A stretch of DNA of 64,000 nt from Candidatus Latescibacterota bacterium (GTDB lineage Bacteria > Latescibacterota > UBA2968 > UBA8231), in contig OZ241889.1 of NCBI GenBank assembly GCA_965203355.1, positions 576,001 through 640,000 on the forward strand. The letters are read 5' to 3'. The position numbers and the translations under genes were made by a program. Under the pieces are notes generated by a model that did no database searches, had not been told where the DNA came from, and saw only the letters and a program-made list of their open reading frames with translations. Positions 60,642 to 64,000 of the stretch are shown here, piece by piece; position 1 is the stretch's first letter, and each line of letters begins with the position of its first letter.

Positions 60642-61817
60642 ATGATTATCCAACCCAAAGTTCGCGGCTTTATCTGCACTACGGCCCATCCCGACGGCTG
60701 CGCCCGCGCCGTCCAAGACCAAATCGACTGGGTCAAACGCCAACCGCCCTTCGACGGCCCTAAGAAAGTCCTCGTCGTCGGTGCTTCGACCGGCTACGGG
60801 TTGGCGTCGCGCATCGCCACCTGCTTTGGCGCCGGGGCCGTTACGCTCGGAGTCTTCTTCGAGCGGGCCGCGTCCGGCAACCGCACGGCAACGGCCGGGT
60901 GGTACAATAGCGCAGCCTTTCACCAGGCCGCGCATCACGCCGACCATTACGCCCGCAGCATCAACGGCGACGCTTTCTCCGACGAGATCAAGGCCGATAC
61001 CATCGCCGCCATCCGCGAGGACCTGCAAGCAGTCGATTTGGTCGTTTACAGCTTAGCTTCGCCGCGGCGGATTCATCCGCGCACCGGCGAAAACTTCAGG
61101 TCCGTCCTCAAACCCATCGGCGGCATCTACACCAACAAGACCGTCAACATCCAGTCCGGCGAAGTCTCCGACATTGCCATTGACCCGGCGAGCGCAGACG
61201 AGATCGCCCACACCATCGCGGTCATGGGCGGGGAGGACTGGCAGATGTGGATCGAAGCACTCGACGAAGCAGGCGTACTCGCCGACGGCGTGCGCACGGT
61301 CGCTTATACCTACATCGGCCCTGAAATCACCCATCCGGTCTATCGCGACGGGACCATCGGCCGAGCCAAAACTCACCTCGAAAAGACGGCCAAGACGCTC
61401 GACGAATTTCTGCAAGTGAGAAGCGGCAGTGCCCACATCTCCGTCAACAAGGCCATGGTGACCCAATCGAGTGCCGCTATCCCCGTCGTGCCGCTCTACA
61501 TCTCACTGCTGTACAAGGTGATGAAGGAAAAGGGTTGCCACGAAAGCTGCATTGAGCAGATGCACCGCCTCTTCGCCGGTTGCCTCTATACGGGCGACTC
61601 TACCGACGACGAGGGGCGCATCCGCATTGACGACCGCGAAATGCGCGAGGATGTACAGCGGGAAGTCGCGGCGCTGTGGGAGCAAGTCAACACCGACAAC
61701 CTCGAAGCACTGTCCGACATCGAGAGCTATCGTGCGGAATTTCTCGGGCTTTTCGGCTTTGGCTCGGCGGGCGTTGACTACGCGGTGGATGTCGCTCCTG
61801 AGCGGGGGCTACCATGA
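60642..61817 (+). CDS. fabV: Trans-2-enoyl-CoA / enoyl-ACP reductase FabV
   Basis: PKVRGFICTTAHP, GASTGYGLASR, NGDAFS, VMGGEDW and Y..GTIG.AK motifs. Confidence 0.95.
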   Translation: MIIQPKVRGFICTTAHPDGCARAVQDQIDWVKRQPPFDGPKKVLVVGASTGYGLASRIATCFGAGAVTLGVFFERAASGNRTATAGWYNSAAFHQAAHHADHYARSINGDAFSDEIKADTIAAIREDLQAVDLVVYSLASPRRIHPRTGENFRSVLKPIGGIYTNKTVNIQSGEVSDIAIDPASADEIAHTIAVMGGEDWQMWIEALDEAGVLADGVRTVAYTYIGPEITHPVYRDGTIGRAKTHLEKTAKTLDEFLQVRSGSAHISVNKAMVTQSSAAIPVVPLYISLLYKVMKEKGCHESCIEQMHRLFAGCLYTGDSTDDEGRIRIDDREMREDVQREVAALWEQVNTDNLEALSDIESYRAEFLGLFGFGSAGVDYAVDVAPERGLP

Positions 61818-62653
61818 GAAGCCGCCGGATGACGCGCTGCGCGTTCTCTCGCAAGCACCCCATCGCGCCTTTTAGCGTGTGCTTTAATACCCCACCTTGT
61901 CGCTTCTTGCTAGCAGCCCTAGTCTGGCTGGCCAATCCCCTGTGGGCGCAAGTCGATATCGAAAGCCTACGCCAAGACCACCAAGCGGGTTTTTTCGGTT
62001 CCGTGGCGATTGACCTGACGTTGCGGGCCGGCAATGTCGAGTTGTTCGAATGCGGCCCTGAGCTTTCCCTCAGTTACAGCCGCGGCGAGAACACGTTCAT
62101 TTTTATCAGCTCAGGCGACCTCGGCTGGGAGGGTAAGGAACGCTTTTCCAATGAAGCACTGGCGCATCTGCGCTACGTCCGAGCGCTGGGCGCACGGCTG
62201 CATGGAGAAGCCTTCGGACAAGTTAATTATGACCGATCCCGGCGCTTGGATTTTCGCGGCCTTGTCGGCGGCGGCATCCGCTGGGCACTCATCTCTCCGG
62301 GTGAGTCGTCTTTTTGGCTAGGCTCGTCGTTGATGTTTGAGCACGAACAAAACGAACTCACCGCGACAGACCGCCATGCGGCTCAAACCTCTCTTGTCCG
62401 CTGGAGCAACTACTTGTCGGCGGACATCAAGGTCGGCGAAGCAGCCCAGCTAGCGGGCACGGCTTACGTGCAGCCCGCGGTGCGGCAATTCGATGACTAT
62501 CGCGTTTTGTGGGACGTGGTCTTGAAAGTGTCTGTCACCAAAGCGCTATCCTCGACGACGTCCGTGGCATTCCAGCGCGATGGCGATCCGCCCAAGGGAG
62601 TGGCTGGAAGCGATTTTAGCCTAACAACGGGTTTAGCTCTCGATTGGAATTGA
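61814..62653 (+). CDS. DUF481 outer-membrane beta-barrel protein
   Basis: AQVDIESLR, AGN, HLRY and YVQP...DYR motifs with amphipathic strands. The start is uncertain. Confidence 0.75.
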   Translation: MRSRRMTRCAFSRKHPIAPFSVCFNTPPCRFLLAALVWLANPLWAQVDIESLRQDHQAGFFGSVAIDLTLRAGNVELFECGPELSLSYSRGENTFIFISSGDLGWEGKERFSNEALAHLRYVRALGARLHGEAFGQVNYDRSRRLDFRGLVGGGIRWALISPGESSFWLGSSLMFEHEQNELTATDRHAAQTSLVRWSNYLSADIKVGEAAQLAGTAYVQPAVRQFDDYRVLWDVVLKVSVTKALSSTTSVAFQRDGDPPKGVAGSDFSLTTGLALDWN

Positions 62654-62789
62654 ACGACGAAGTCGTCTGTGAGCTATGCAAAAATGGACTAGGTGCCGAC
62701 CGATTCCGCTCGCGTATCGTACGTCGTGGCACGACGAGAGAGCGAGTTGAAAAGCGACATAGGCCGGCCCATTGCCAACTGGAGGAATC

Positions 62790-63743
62790 ATGGCCCGATA
62801 TCTTGTGAGTCTATCTCTAATCGTCGCGTTGCTATGCGCCGCTAGTGCCCAAAATCCATCCGCCGATGATCCCTTTGCCTTCGCCCTGATTGGGGATATG
62901 CCATACTCTCCAACCGACAGCGTTCGCTTTGGTCGGCTCGTCGAGGACATTAACCGGGCTGAGGGCTTGGAGTGGGTCGTCCACGTGGGCGATATCAAGG
63001 GCGGCAGCAGCCCTTGTAGCGATGGCCTGCTACAGAGCCGCTTCGAGTGGTTCCAGCAGTTTGTACGCCCTTTCATTCTGGCTCCGGGCGACAACGATTG
63101 GACCGACTGTCACCGGAGTGGATACCAGCCGTTGGACCGGCTAGCGCACGTGCGGGCACTCTTTTTTTCGCGTCCGGGTTGGACTCTAGGCCAGCAACCC
63201 ATGCGCGTCGGCACCCAAGGCGGGCCCTTCCCCGAGCACGTGCGCTGGACCCACGGGCGGACGAGCTTTGCCGTGCTGCACATTGTCGGCAGTCGCAACG
63301 GCACCGCCGCGTTTGACGGTCGCACCCAAGCCGACGACGACGAGGTCAAACGCCGCACCGCTGCCGCCCTTGCCTCAATGCGCGAAACATTCGCCCAAGC
63401 CGTAGAACAAGACCATTCCGCGGTCTTCCTCATCGTCCACGCCAATCCGCGCTTTGAGGAGCGAGAAAACGAACCAGACGGGCCGTACGCGGCTTTTTTG
63501 CAGGCCCTAGAGCAAGAAGTGGTCCGCTTTAACAAGCCGGTAGCCCTAGCCCACGGCGACTCCCACTATTTCCGCGTCGACAAGCCACTGCGCCAAGCGG
63601 CCACGGGCCAACGCTTGGTGCGCTTCACGCGCATCGAACCCTTTGGCACGCCCGAAATCCACTGGCTGCGGGTAATCGTCGATCCAGCCGACCGCCATGT
63701 TTTTCAGGTTCACGCCGAAATCGTCGAAGCTAATCTCGACTGA
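62790..63743 (+). CDS. Secreted calcineurin-like metallophosphoesterase
   Basis: Signal peptide, GDMPY, HVGDIK, PGDNDWTDC and HGDSH motifs. Confidence 0.85.
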   Translation: MARYLVSLSLIVALLCAASAQNPSADDPFAFALIGDMPYSPTDSVRFGRLVEDINRAEGLEWVVHVGDIKGGSSPCSDGLLQSRFEWFQQFVRPFILAPGDNDWTDCHRSGYQPLDRLAHVRALFFSRPGWTLGQQPMRVGTQGGPFPEHVRWTHGRTSFAVLHIVGSRNGTAAFDGRTQADDDEVKRRTAAALASMRETFAQAVEQDHSAVFLIVHANPRFEERENEPDGPYAAFLQALEQEVVRFNKPVALAHGDSHYFRVDKPLRQAATGQRLVRFTRIEPFGTPEIHWLRVIVDPADRHVFQVHAEIVEANLD

Positions 63744-63809
63744 GCCTAGACCTGTCGCGTCAAAATTTTTACGGGATGTCGGTGATTTCCGAAAAGGGTC
63801 CGTGCGTTT

Positions 63810-63998
63810 TTATCGCGCCCCCTCGCGGTTCCTCCGGCGCATCCACGGAGGAGCGGCACTGGAGTCTGCGTCCGTCTCCCCGGCGGCGGCTTCATAGTGT
63901 TCCCTGAGCAACTTTTCGAGGGCCTCAGAGGTATTTATAAAATTGGCCCACCCATAAGGCGGAACGTCAAAACGCCGATCTCCCAACAGAGGATCAGC
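63810..63998 (-). CDS. C-terminus of an unidentified protein running in from beyond the window
   Basis: Open frame of 62 aa (ADPLLGDRRF...NREGAR) ending in TAA at 63810. Confidence 0.35.
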   Translation of the reverse strand, partial: ADPLLGDRRFDVPPYGWANFINTSEALEKLLREHYEAAAGETDADSSAAPPWMRRRNREGAR

Positions 63999-64000
63999 AC

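Overview
High-GC bacterial chromosomal segment, gene-dense, with about 60 CDS. I could not detect any rRNA, tRNA or CRISPR array. It is mostly carbohydrate-acid and sulfate catabolic genes: two UxuA-like dehydratases, three TIM-barrel isomerases, Gfo/Idh/MocA oxidoreductases, an aldo-keto reductase, an enolase-family enzyme, two PhyH dioxygenases, a sulfatase, a sulfotransferase and a divergent transketolase. That mix resembles Latescibacterota/Poribacteria-like heterotrophs (inference only). Scattered among them are many defence or mobile modules: Xre-ImmA/IrrE plus a DUF4411 PIN, three type II TA pairs, a single-chain type IIG/ISP-like R-M enzyme, a Hen1-Pnkp RNA repair pair, an Rpn-like nuclease, and a frameshifted IS1595 element carrying a methyltransferase and an Eco29kI-like GIY-YIG nuclease. 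The best leads are three. (1) The IS1595-borne R-M operon, which pairs an Eco29kI-like nuclease lacking a loop with a compact DPPH amino-MTase. (2) A PhyH-fold Fe/2OG enzyme with H-S-G in place of H-x-D, a candidate radical halogenase, next to an orphan rfbA. (3) An Rpn-like gene with an internal promoter, RBS and in-frame ATG, suggesting an intragenic antitoxin. All calls come from motifs read by eye, and several starts were re-assigned using RBS positions and gene overlaps.
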